The position numbers and the translations under genes were made by a program. A stretch of DNA of 64,000 bases from Azolla caroliniana (lineage: Eukaryota > Plantae > Polypodiophyta): NCBI GenBank assembly GCA_043228905.1, contig JBHGNT010000007.1, positions 10,230,001-10,294,000 of the forward strand, read 5' to 3'. This document shows, one piece after another, positions 50,633 to 63,607 of this stretch. Positions within the stretch are counted from its first letter, which is position 1. Every line of letters starts with the position of its first letter. The notes beneath the pieces were generated by a model, which worked only from the letters and a program-made list of their open reading frames with translations, was not told the DNA's origin and did no database searches.

Positions 50633-51782
50633 GAAAGGAGTATGCAAGTTTGGGATCAATTTCCTTTGGTTTTAGGGTTGTATATAAATTGGAGGAAGTC
50701 TCGCCTTATTTCTTGTATAGAGAGTGATTTGGCATGTTTGGGATGGCGAGGGTTAGTGATTGCATGAGGATCAATTTATAGACATTTGGGTTATCCATTG
50801 GGTGTTGATGTTGCAAATGTTCAATTGATTGATTGGATTGGTAGTAAATTGAAGGACAAATTTATGTATTGGAAATCTGAATTATGGCCCTTTCAGGTAC
50901 GACTCAAAGTGGTGCAATGTATCTTGATACCCATGTTATTATATTTTTTGCCTTTACTTCCTTGGTCTAAGAAGGCATCATTAAACATGTTACAACCTAT
51001 TCGTTCCATGTTGTGGCGGAAGGGAGAAATGATGGGAGTTGCATGGATTTCATGGGACCATTTGGCTACTCCTAAAATGTTAGGTGGTGCCGCAATATTG
51101 GACTTGGAAATGCATTTGATGGCTCGTAGATTGGCATTATTACGAGATATATGTCAACAAGATCAACCATGGATATCTATGATGCAATATTTTATTGAGC
51201 ATGAAGGATTGGTGCATGGGAAAACAAAGATTCAAGCATCCTGGTGGTCATTACTCAATGGAAATGTTCCATCTCAATTCAATCATTTATTTTGATTGGG
51301 GATTGTACATTTGGAAGATGTTGTTGATAATGAATCTCAAAGGTTGTTAGAATTTGCAGATGCCAAGAGAGGGTTATGTATTCCCCCAAATTATGGATTT
51401 ATTTGGGAGAAATTACAAGATATACCATTGTTGCAAGGATCTTTGCCATTGAAAACAAATGTTGCACCTTGGGTGTATTGGTGGTTACAAGATGGTACAC
51501 GTTTGCTACAGGTCACTACAAATATATTGTATCATCATGCAATGGCATCATTATCTTGGCTATCTCATAAAGCAATGAAGTTGTGGAATGTATGTAAATC
51601 AGATGTTGAACCTAATGGGAACCCCCCAATCATGACTCTCCATATGAATACCTTTGCACGAAATGGTAGATGAGAATGCAAACCATTTTGTAATATTTTC
51701 CACCTAAAATGGTTGGCATTCTCATCTACCATTTTGTGCAAAGATATTCATATGGGGAGTCATGATTGGTGGGCTTACATTA

Positions 51783-53149
51783 AGAAACAAATCTTGCCAT
51801 GAGTTGGGTATCATGGAACAATATTTGTACCCCACACCAGTTAGGGGGTGTTGCTTTACTATATTTAGAAGATCATATGGTGGCTCAAAGATTCAATCTT
51901 TTGAAAGGTATGTGCATAGGTACCCAACCTTGGGCAGAAATAATTACTTATTTTGTGGAAAAGGTTCGTATTTACTATGGGAAAACGTGAATTACAGCTT
52001 TGTGGTGGCATGTGGTTAATAATACCCGACAATTTAAGTGTTAAGAATCTATTATGGTTCAACAATTGGTGCTTTCTTGGCAACAATGTTTGAATTTGTT
52101 TGATTGGAGGCCTCCCGAGTGCAAAAAATATATAAATTCATTGACAGCAGAGGTGTTGGCAGCGTCAAGGATATTACACTTGGATGGAAAAGAAAGTCTA
52201 AATTCATAGTTCAATCGAATGGCAAGGGTAGGCTTGGTAACTGTGGAAGATGGTATTTTAGAGTCATGTAGGAAAATGATCGCCTTTCGAACAATCAGAA
52301 ATAAGTTTAAGATACCAGGTGGATATGGGTATATTTGGCAATCAATATTGGCATTTCCTAGATTAGTTTTCCCAATTCCAGAGTTGGTGGTCGAGGAACC
52401 ATGGAAAGATTGGTCATTTGGTAATGGGAAATCGATTCATGTGGTGCATACTAATGATGTGTACCATAAGTTGGTTGATGATAGAGCTTGGTTAGCAAAT
52501 AAGGTTTTGGATACATGGCGCATTACTCGAAATATGGATTGGTAGCATAGAGTTTTAGTTGCAGGGTGGCAGTCTCATCTTCCATTTCGTGCAAAGGTGT
52601 TTCTTTGGCGTGCCATAGTTGGTCAGTTGACTTTGGCAATGGCCTTAAAACGAAGACATATTTCAAATGGGACATGTTTTTTCTGTACGGTGGTTGAAAA
52701 AGATGCACGACATAGGTTCATTGCATGTTCGGTTGCTAAAGTCATTTGGGTGATTATGTCACAAATTTGGGCATCGATAACAGGAAATATTTTGTCACCT
52801 TATAAATGGGTTTTTATGGATGCGAATAAAGTTATGCCCGCACCATCGTATAAGGTTGTTTTTTATTACCTTAGATATTGGGGGATGTGATTTAATTGGA
52901 CCATGAGAAATGGGTTCTTGTTTTATGGACTTCATGGGGTAACACAACAACTCCGTAGGATGAAAGGGAAATTGATCGGGCAATTTTCACAACTATGTTG
53001 TATGGGGACGTTGTCCCAAGAGGAGATAGACTTATGTCATCTAGTTTTACAACACTTGAGAGGGTTTCCCTTGCACTGTCACTATTTATGACGTAGTGAA
53101 GATGGCAAGGGTTGTATTATTATCTTGTTTCAATAACAAACATTGATTT

Positions 53150-53153
<4 letters not shown>
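51783..53153 (+). mobile_element. L1-type LINE copy D, 3' fragment ending in (GA)n
   Basis: WNNICTPHQLGGVAL, CFFCTVVEKDARHRFIAC, YLRYWG; 3' UTR abuts (GA)n. Confidence 0.88.
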
Positions 53154-53223
<70 letters not shown>

Positions 53224-53405
53224 GAGACTGAGAACAAGAAGCTATATTCGCAAGAGATAAAATTACATCCAACAACATCTAAGTTACAAAATAGGTTGGT
53301 TTAAATGCGACAATTGCCCTTTCTACTATTTACAAAACTAGCCTAGTATGTCCACTGCTAGTGTGAAAGCCATCACATTTGGGAAGTTGGGTTTGATTCT
53401 CAACA
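53154..53405 (-). repeat. Proximal half of the outer copia 3' LTR, including (GA)n 53154-53219
   Basis: Ends CAACA next to the PPT; matches 63608-63807. Confidence 0.88.
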
Positions 53406-53610
53406 CTCCCCTTCAAACACAACTTTTGGTCATCGGAGAGATTGCCTTGTTGTTTGGCTCGTTTTGGCTTTCTGAGTTTCTCGGCTTTGTGGCCGAATGG
53501 TCGGTCGACTTCATAAGTCAATTGGTCGGATTAGCTTCGACTAAACAATTGGTATGACTTCAGATGATTTTGTGCTCCTTGTCTCATTAGTCAATTGGTC
53601 GGTTTGACTA

Positions 53611-55951
53611 CTACTTCGATTGTTCCTTCGGTCGACTACTATCTGGTTCTTGTATTGTACCCGTTGGCTTTGTCCGTTGTGTTACTGCACTCCCCCTCAA
53701 GCTCGACAATGCAGATATCGTTAGACCAAGGCTTGTCATGAATTGCCTGAGCTTGTTGGCTCCTAAGGCTTTTGTGAATATGTGAGCTACTTGAAGCTTC
53801 ATGCTGATGTGTTGCAGGTCAACATCTCTAGCCTGAACGTGTTCTCGGATGAAGTGGTAGTGCACTTCGATATGGTTCGCGCATGCGTGGAGCATCAGGT
53901 TATGAGCCAGATGAATACTGCTCATGTTATCGTAGTAAAGGAGAACCGGATCCTTGATGGGAATGCCTAGATTCTTCAAAATATGCTTCATCTAGACAAC
54001 TTCACATGCCGCGACAACCGCGCCCCTATATTGGGCCTCTGTGCTTGACAGTGTGATTGTCGGCTGCATTTTGCTGCTCTAGGAGATTGCATGCTGCCAA
54101 GGGAGAAGATGAACGCTGAGGTCGATCCTTTGTTGGCTTTATAGCCAACCTAGTTTGCATCTCTATACCCTTTGAGTTGGATGATCATTTCCGACTTGTA
54201 GAGGATGTTATAATCCATCGTACCACTAATGTACCTGAGTACTCTTTTAGCGCAGTCGACATGAACATTTCATGGTTTCTACATGAATTGGTTAAGTAGA
54301 CCAACCGAATAGTTGAGGTCGGGTTGTGTGATGATGAGATAAGTTAAAATTATCGACCAGTTGACAGTACTGGGTTGGCTCGTACCCTACAGTTCCAGAG
54401 TCGGCATTGAGCTTCTGATTTTGATCGAGAGGGGTGGACACAGGTTTGCACTTGGTCATCCCGAACTTGTACAGTAAGTTGAGGATGTAGTGCTGTTGGG
54501 AGATCATAATTCCAAATGGTGTCCGAATTACTTCTATGCCTAGAAAGTAATGGAGCTCCTCAATATCTTTTATTTCAAATCAACCGGACATGACAGATTT
54601 GACTCTATTGATATTGATCAAGTTTTCTCCATTGGTTACCAAATCATCCACGTACAAGATGATGATAATCGGGCTTCCAGAATTGTTGCTCACATAGAGG
54701 GAGTTTTTTGATTTCGACATTCTGAAGCCGATTTGGTGAAGATACTTTGTGATCTTCGAATGCCAAGCATGTGGTGCTTGCTTGAGTCCATATAATGACT
54801 TCTTGAGCCGACATATTGTTGTAGGGTGTTTGGTCAATTTGAAACCAGGTGGTTGAATCTTGAAGACCTCCTCTTCTAATTTGCCTTGAAGAAAGGAATT
54901 CTTCACGTCCATTTGATGGAGGTGCCACCCTTTAGTAGTTGTGAGAGCTATGTCTATCCGAACAGTCCTCATCTTTGCCACCAGGGGAAAGGTTTCCTCA
55001 TAGCCGACTTCGTGTGTTTGAGCGTATCCCTTAGCTATGAGTTGTGCCTTGTAGCGGTTCACCGAGCTGTCGACATTATATTTTACCTTGTAGATCCACC
55101 TACAACCGATTGCTTTCTTGTGTGGTGAGTGGGGGACGAGATCCCATGTCTTGTTTTTGCATAGTGCCTGTATTTCCTCATCCATGGCTCCGACCCATCA
55201 TGGATCCTTGGCGGCCTCGGAAAAAATTTCCGGTTCTTAGACAGTTGCCACCTTCATCATAAAGGCATAATGATACACCATGTAGTCGTAATAGCCGAAT
55301 TGGCTAACCGGGTTCTTCTCTTGGGTGGAGCGACAAAGCTCTCGTTTGCGGCAATTATGGCGTTTATAACTGCATTTGTCTGGAAAATAGGGGCATCAAC
55401 GCCTTCGAACTCACTATCGAGTGAGTGAGTCGATGAGTTTTCGTCCGGATCTTCGTACTGCGGCATTTTGGGCCTTCCCTTTGGCCATCTTCGGACTTGG
55501 TCAAGAAGTGCTTCGATCACTCGGAGGCTCTTGAGGTTCACTTAGTCTGGTCATATTGGACTTTCTTCGAACATATGCTTAGAGTCGATCTTCATCTTCT
55601 ATCTCTTGGTCGGCCAAGTTTGGGTCAACTGGGGTTGGAGTCGGAGTCGTCTATGGTTCGTACCAGGATGCCGACTCGTCAAAGACGACGTCCTGACTCA
55701 TTCGAACTTTCCGGGTAGATGGGTTATAACACTTGCATCCCATTTGTTTGAGTGAGTACCCTATGAGGATACACTACTCCGACTTAGGATTAAGCTTCGC
55801 TTTTCGTCGGGAATTGAGCCAAATATCTTGATGTGGGATAAATCTGGCTTCTTTCTGAAGAACTTCTCATGGGGTGTGACATCGTGCACTCCCGAGGTTG
55901 TGCATCAATTCATGAGGTAGATGGTTGTGTTTGTCGCTTCTTCCCAATACG
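53611..55951 (-). pseudogene. Outer copia pol: integrase C-terminal part, RT, RNase H (degenerate)
   Basis: [40 protein letters not shown]. Confidence 0.9.
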
Positions 55952-55956
55952 ATTTC

Positions 55957-58900
55957 TGTAAAGAATAGCGTGTGGAAGCAATAGGAAACCGAACACGGAA
56001 AATACGAAGGTTTAATGGAGAGCTTGTATATGCACAGTATGCGGGAGAGACAGAGAGAGAGAACACATAGAAAAAATTCAATTCAAAATAATACTCAATC
56101 TGTACATAGGATGTGCTCAGTGAGCACTTTTATACAAGTCCATACGGACTGACAGAAGTACTGACACGTACTTCAATGCTCATAACTGAGCTCTACGCTA
56201 ATTCCCAAAATATATTCCTACGCGGAATATCTTTCCAATGGCCTCGCGGTTTATGCACCGCTACGGCTTCTCGTTACGCACCGGTTTGCGTACTGGTTTA
56301 CGCACCCGTTTTACGCACCGGTCCGGCCTAACCGATCGGCCCCAACCGATCTGGTGCTCGGCTTGCATAGCCGATCCGGCCAATGTTGAGCTTGTATCTC
56401 AACACTCCCCCTCAAGCTCAACTTGAGGTTCCATTTGCTCTTCCGGATTTGCTCTCCGGTTCCTTCTGGCTTCATGCCTCGCTCGCGCTCCTCGACCCAT
56501 TCGATTCCGCGCGCCTCGACCCTTTCGGTCGGCTTGTTTGCTCACACGGCCCTTCTCAGCTTCCTTGTTGTTGCGGTGTTGGCGCCTCTTTTGCTGCCTT
56601 CTCTTACGCTTGGCCCTTGGTTGATTCAGCGTATCCGAATCAAATATCCGAACCGACTCGGCTTCCTCTAATCGGTTTTTGCTCTCGTCCGAGTTGGTTG
56701 TCTCCAACTTGTCCTCGGTCTTCTCGCCCTTGGTTGGCTTTGGCTCTTTCTTTCGACTGCTCCCCTTATGTCTGCTTTCGGAGTCTTCTGCGGGTCCGCC
56801 CTTGGCTTCTTCAGCCGGCCGAGATCGAATTCATCATCCGACTCGGTGTCTCGGTCTTCGTCTTTCGGAATGTCTCTCCCCCTCAAGTTTGGCACGTCGA
56901 GGTGACGCAACCCAAGCGCAACCGAGAATTGCTGCAACTTGTCCAAACCAAGAGGCTTGGTGAATATGTCGGCGTTCTGCCAATCTATTGGAACATACTG
57001 AAGTTCGACTTCACCGGAGAGGACACACTCACAGACGAAATGGTAGTGCACCTCAATGTGCTTAGTCTGGGCGTGGAAGACAAGATTTTTAGCTAGCTGG
57101 ATGCTGCTAAGGTTGTCGTAGTAGATTGTCGTTGGATCGGATACCTTCACCTGCAGATCCTTAAGTAGCCGCTTGAACCATATGGCTTCGCATGTCGCGA
57201 CCACCGCTCCTCTATACTCGGCTTCGGTGCTCGACAACGCAACTGTCGGCTGCTTCTTGGTACTCCATGCGATCGTGGCACTCCCGAGAGAGAACACGAA
57301 ACCGGATGTGGATCGGCGATCACCGGCGTTTCCGGCCCAATCAACATCGGTGAAACCGACCAACTACGCGGCAGTATCGGCCCGATATAGTAGCCCCCGA
57401 TCCTTAGTGCCACTGACATACTGGTGTAGGCGTTGTGCGCACTAAAGGTGATCCTCGGTCGGTCGTGCCATGAACTGACCAATCACCCCGACCGGGTAGC
57501 TGAGATCTAGTCGGGTGATGGTCAAGTATATATGGCTTCTGACTATCTGTCAGAACCTCGTTGGGTCACATACCTTTCCAGAATCGGGGCGAAGCTTGAC
57601 GGTTCTATCTAGAGGAGTCAAGACGGACTTACAATCGGCCATCCCGAATTTGAAGAGCATATTCAACGCGTAATGACGTTGGCTAATCAAGATGCCTTCT
57701 AGGGTACGGATCACTTCGATCCCGAGGAAGTAATGAAGGTCTCCCAGATCCTTCATGTCGAATGATGCCGTGAGCTGGAGCTTTACGCGGTCTATCTCAC
57801 CTAGGTCAGCGCCGGTGATGACCAAGTCATCAACATAAAGTAAAATACTAATTGGCCCGAGTTGACCTTTACGGATGAACAGTGAGGAGTCTGATTTTGA
57901 CGTCACAAAACCCATCCGATGCAATTGTTACGTGATCTTCGCGTTCCTGGCACACGTGGCTTGCTTTAGTCCGTAAAGGGACTTCTTCAATAGGCACACC
58001 GCCGAAGTGTTCGTTCCGGAGTGAAATCCGGGGGGCTGTACCATGTACACCTGTTCCTCAAGCTCACCTTGCAGGAATGCATTCCTTACATCCATCTGAT
58101 GTAAATGCCACCCCTTTGCCACAGCGACCGCGAGCAAAACACGGACAATCGTCATCTTCGTGATCGGCGCAAACGTCTCATCGTAGTCGATGCCGTGTTT
58201 CTGCGCATAGTCTTTTGCTACTAACCGGACCTTGTAGTGGTTGACCAAGCCGTCAGTGTTGTACTTGACCTTGTACACCCACCTACATCCGATCGGCTTC
58301 ACACCTTTCGGTGCGTCAATCAGGTCCCAGGTTTCATTCTCTGCCAATGCGTGCATCTCTTCCTCCATTGCGGCACGCCAATTCGCGTCCTTCGCCGCCT
58401 CTACGTAGCTCTCCGGCTCACGCACTTCCGCTACACGTGTCATGTACGCATAGTGATGCGCCATGTACTTGTTGTAACCGAACTGCACAACAAGGTTCTT
58501 CTGGCGGGTTGATCGGCGTAATTGCTCATTAGCCGATGTTGAGGCTTTCATGGCCGACGCAGACTTCGCTCTCAAAGACCCATCATCACTTCCCTCGAAG
58601 TCGGACTCGCGTCGATCCGACTCGTTCCTATCCGTGTCGTAATCTGACACCTTCTTCTTCCCTTTTTCTTTGTGCTTAAACCGTCTCCTCGGCTTCCTGC
58701 GCGGGGAATGCACGACCGAGTCTCCACTACTCACCGGCTCTTCATCGGACTAGTCAAACCGACTTAGTCGTCCATCCGGTCTGCTTAATTGAAACAAAAT
58801 CAGACTCTCTTCACGGGTCCCCATTTCAGGCTCATCCGGGGGCATCTCGGCCTCGCTGACCTCATCATCAGAACTCGGATTGGAGGTGAGGTCCGGAGTC

Positions 58901-61536
58901 GGAGGCAAGTACCAGGACGCGGACTCGTCAAACACAACGTCGTGGCTCATGCGCGCTTGTTTGGTGCGAGGGTTATAACACTTATAGCCTTTCTGCTCAT
59001 TCGTATAGTTGACCAAGATATACTTCTCGGCTTTCGCGTCTAGCTTCCTCCGCTTCTCCTTTGGCACATGCACATACGCAATGCTACCGAAAACTCTCAA
59101 GTGTCGTAGATTTGGCCTCCTTCCGAAATACTGCTCATGCGCCGACACTTTGTCTCCGATCTGATTCTGGATGTATACCGCGGCTCATACCGCTTCGGCC
59201 CAATAGAACTTGGGCAAGCTCTTTTCCTCCAGCATTGCCGTGCTGCTTCCACAATTGACCGGTTCTTTCTCTCGGCCACACCGTTTTGCTCCGGTGTGTA
59301 TCTACAACTGAATTCGCGTCGAATTCTCATCTATTGCAGATAGCCGTTGAATTGACCGGAAAAGTACTCTTTTCCGCCATCCGACCGCACACACTTGATC
59401 TTTCTTCCTATTTCCCTTTCGACGAAACTCTTGAGGTTCCGGAAACAGTCAAAGACTTCACTCTTCTTCTCAATGAGGTAGATCCACGTGTGCCGCATAT
59501 AGTCGTCAATGAAGGAGACAAAATATCGACTCCCGCCAAGACTAATGTTCTGTGCAGGCCCCCATACATCGGAATGTATCAAGTCAAGATTGTTCCGGCT
59601 CCGGTTACGCTCGTTAGGGAAAGGAAGCCGGTGTTGCTTCCCGAGTTGACAGGCTTCACAAATTCGTGCCTTCCGGCCACTAAATTTGGGCAATCCGAAC
59701 ACCACTTGTTTTGATTGCATGTCTTGAAGCCGTTGATAGTTGATGTGGCCTATCCTCTTGTGCCATAAGTTGATATCCGACTCGACTTTTTGTCCTTTCG
59801 CGAACATTGCGGTGCCACCGTCACTAGAGTCAAGGATATACATCCTCCCATCTCTGCGCCCTTGCGCAATAAATCAGCCTTCTTCTTCGAAGATCTACCC
59901 AACCGACACCAGATTGTTCGTGATTGTGGGGACGTGTAACACATTCATAAGTTTCCCTTTTTGCCCGACATGGCTCAAGGGAACTTCACCGACATTCGCG
60001 ATCGGATGCAGAGTGTCGTCTCCGGTTGCGACTACTCCCGGTTGCATCAGTTTTTCTAGGTACGAGAATCACTCCTTGTGGCACATCATGTGGTTTGACG
60101 CACCGGAGTCAACGTACCACACCTCGTCCGATTTTGGGGTGGACATCTTCATCGAGTTCGCTTCGTGTCTCGTCACGAAGGCTGACCCTTTTCCGGCTTT
60201 CCGGACCCTTCGGCGTAGTGCGATCACTGCCGATTTCCTTTGTCGGTTCGTCCGGAGCCTGATCCGGATCCGGTCCTCTCTGAATCGGCGCACTTCTTCC
60301 AGCACTCGCTTTGCTTGTGGCCTTTCTTGCCACAGTACCAGCATTCCGCTGTGGATTTCCCTTGCCGGTTCTTGTTGCCTCAACTCCCCTTGTTTCTGGA
60401 GGGTCTGGAATTGCTGTCGGCATCACTTCGGTGCCTTCGTCCTTGATCTCGTCGGCGGCCTCCATTGCGCACCAACTAGCCTCGTTCGCCACAACCACGG
60501 GGCCTATCTCCCTCTGTGTACTAATCTTGTTATCGGCATGTGTGCTCGTCGATGCACCCGCGTGGTTCTCCTCTATAAGGAGCATCGACTGTAAGTCGAA
60601 AAATGACGACGTATTCCCCCATGTACACACAACAGTTCGGAATGCTCTGAATTTCGACGCCAATCCCCCGAGACAGATCTGCACCATCTTGCCTTCCTCG
60701 ACGTTCACATCGATGGAGGCTAAGGAGTCACATATATCTTTGATCTTCGAGGTGTAATCAGCCACCGACAAATCACGTTGTCGTAGGTTGCTTAACTCCT
60801 CTCAGAGTTGAAGCTTTCTGGCTGTAGTGTTTGCAGCGAAAATCTTCTTTGGATTTCCCCAAGCATCTTTCGGCATTTTTGCATCCCGAATGTAGTTTAG
60901 GAGTTGTTCGCCCACACAAGACGCGAAGTAGTACAGTACTCTGCTCGCCGACTGTGCCCACACCGGGAAATCTCTTTGTGTTGATTCGGGTGCTGTGTCA
61001 TTTGCTCCGTCGACATAGCTCCAGTAACCGTGCCTGAGCAGGTACTGGTGTATCTTGTAGGACCAAGACACGTAGTTGTTTCTGTCGAGCTTCTCCATCG
61101 GAAGCGAGCTAGCCATGCCTCTATCCATCGGTTTTACTTGTTCTTCTTGGTTAGTTTCCCTTTCAAGCTATGTCGGTTGCAAAGGTTCTTAACGCTCGTG
61201 CTCTGATACCATGTAAAGAATAGCGTATCCATCGGTTTTACCTGTTCTTCTTGGTTAGTTTCCCTTTCAAGCTATGTCGGCTGCAAAGGTTCTCAACGCT
61301 CGTGCTCTGATACCATGTAAAGAATAGCGTGCGGAAGCAATAGGAAACCGAACACGGAAAATACGCAGGTTAATGGAGAGCTTGTATATGCACAATATGC
61401 AGGAGAGACAGAGAGAGAGAACACACAGAAAAAACTCGATTCAAAATAATACTCAATCTGTACATAGGATGTGCTCAGTGAGCACTTTTATACAAGTCCA
61501 TACAGACTGACAGAAGTACTGACATGTACTTCAACA
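55957..61536 (-). mobile_element. Nested Ty1/copia element with ATTTC TSD, inserted in the outer copia integrase
   Basis: TSD ATTTC at 55952-55956 and 61537-61541; host frame rejoins as AMMNEKNLPKSYWEEATNT. 3' LTR 55957-56404, 5' LTR 61316-61536, Gag MDRGMASSLPMEKL at 61128; complete domain order but frameshifted. Confidence 0.95.
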
Positions 61537-61541
61537 ATTTC

Positions 61542-62876
61542 GGTAGGTTCTTTTCATTCATCATTGCCCTATGTACCTCTAATATGTGTCGATTGTTGCG
61601 TTCGGTGACTTTGTTTTGTTGAGGTGTGTGTCAACATGAGAACTCTCGTTAAATTCCTTCCTTTCGGAGATAAGTTGTAAATTCGTCCAAGAAGTACTCT
61701 TTACCCCCATTTGATCGAAGACATCGGATGAGCCGACCTAGGCTTTTTCGACTTCATTCTTCTACCGCATAGGGTAGATCCAGGTGTACCTGGAGATGTC
61801 ATCGATGAATGTGATATAATATCAACACCTGCTGAATGTGGCTATCCGTGCCGGTCCCCAAACGTCGAAGTGGACAACATCCAAGACTCCTTTACTCACA
61901 TTCATCTCTTTCGGGAATGGATGTCAACGTTGTTTGTCGAATTGGCACGCCTCACATACACCAGTGCTCTCTCTTTTTGTAAAATCCGGGATTCTGACGA
62001 TGACTCCTTTCGACTGCATCTTTTGGTCCAACTTCTGGAGATTAATGTGGCCGATTCTCTTGTGCCATAGTTTCAAGTTGGTGTCAACTTTGAGGCCTTT
62101 TGCAAACATGGCCGACTTCACCTTGTTCGACTCGAGGATGAACATTCGACCTTCTCGTCGACCGTCTTTTTCCATGAAGCACCCTTCATTGTTGAACCAG
62201 ACTTACATGCCTTGCTCTACTATGTGGCTGACCGAGACCAGATTTTTCGTGATGGTCAGGACATGCAAAACGTTCTTTATATAGGTTTGTTTGCCTTCAT
62301 TCCCAAATGGGACATTACCGACATGTTGAATGGGGTGAATTGTGTCATCCCCAGTTTCGACATAGTGGGGTCGATCAAGTTTTCATAATTCTCAGAACCA
62401 ATCTTCATGAAACATCATGTGATTGGATGCTCCTAAGGCGACAAACCATACATTTTCTGGAACGGAGGTGTTGGTCAGACTTGGTGCCGACATTGAATGT
62501 GCCTTGTGCCTCATTACGAACATTCTGCCATGGTTGTCATAGTTGGAGTTCGTTGCATAATTTGTGAGTTGTCGGTTGGTGGACGCCGACTCTTGTTTCT
62601 TCTTTTGACACTCCTCTTCGTAGTGGCCAAGTTTTCCACAGTATCCACATTCGATCGGGCTGATTTGGTGGCTTGGTCCGGCAGGATGGCTCCCCATTCT
62701 GCCAAACTCCCTCGGTGCATTCCTAGCATCTTGCCAATGGCAGGGGTTGTGTTCTCGAGTCGACTGATCATGTCGGCCTCGTCCTAATCGGCCTTTATTC
62801 CCTTGGCCAAATCCTCTTCCCTCGTCCGGCCGGGAGTAGAGCATTTGATCATTTGGCACATTGCTCCTCGATCAGA
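61542..62876 (-). pseudogene. Outer copia: gag C-terminus, protease and integrase N-terminal part
   Basis: CGYCGKLGHYEEEC, VWFVALGASNHM, LWHKRIGH, CEACQFDKQ. Confidence 0.9.
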
Positions 62877-63607
62877 TCATGTGGTGCACACTAATGATGT
62901 GTACCATAAGTTGGCTGAAGATAGAACTTGGTTAGAAAATAAGGTGTTGGATACATGGAGCATTACTAGAAATGTAAAGTGGTGGCGTAAAGTTTTAGAT
63001 GCAGGGTGGCAGTCTCATCTTCCATTCCGTGCAAAGGTATTTCTTTGGCGTGCTATAGTTGGTGGGTTGCCTTTGGCAATGGCCTTAAAACTAAGACATA
63101 TTTTGAATGGGACATGTTTTTTCTGTACGGTGTTTGAAGAAGATGCTAGACATAGGTTCATTACATGTGCGGTTGCTAAGGCCATTTGGGTGATTATGTC
63201 AAAAATTTGGGCATCGATAACAGGGAATGTGTTGTCACCTTATAAATGGGTTTTTATGGATGAGGATAAAGTTATGCCCACACCATCATATAAGGTGGTT
63301 TTTCATTACCTTAGATATTGGGGGATGTGGTTTAATTGGACCATGAGAAATGAGTTCTTGTTTGATGGACTTCATGGGATAACACAACAAATCCGTAGGA
63401 TGAAAGGGAAATTGGTTTAGCAATTTTTAGAACTATGTTGTATGGGGATCTTGTCCCAAGAGGAGATAGACTTATGTCAGTTTTACAACACTTGAGAGGG
63501 TTTCCCTTGCACTATCACTATTTATGAAGTAGTGAAGATAGCAAGGGTTGTATTATCATTTGTTTTAATAACAAACATTGATTTAATGAAAAAAAAGAAA
63601 AAAGAAA
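62877..63607 (+). mobile_element. L1-type LINE copy E, 3' fragment (same subfamily as D) ending in an A-rich tail plus (GA)n
   Basis: Colinear with 52437-53150 at offset 10440 over most of its length; zf-RVT CFFCTVFEEDARHRFITC. Confidence 0.9.

Larger units (their letters stand above)
41866..51782 (+). mobile_element. L1-type LINE copy C (degenerate ORF1 ~42083-43500 and ORF2), interrupted by the copia at 45854-50632
   Basis: ORF1 fragments parallel LINE B (FYDRGVILYF, GPRGFYD, CPIWV, CGKLGHFIAEC). ORF2 motifs resume after the GAAAG TSD. Confidence 0.9.

Noticed and set aside
56383-57096. 237-aa antisense ORF (and others such as 59740-60594) in the nested copia
   Set aside because: Largely shadows of GC-rich pol frames; no recognisable domain and not evidently conserved in the sister copy at 1900-2660.
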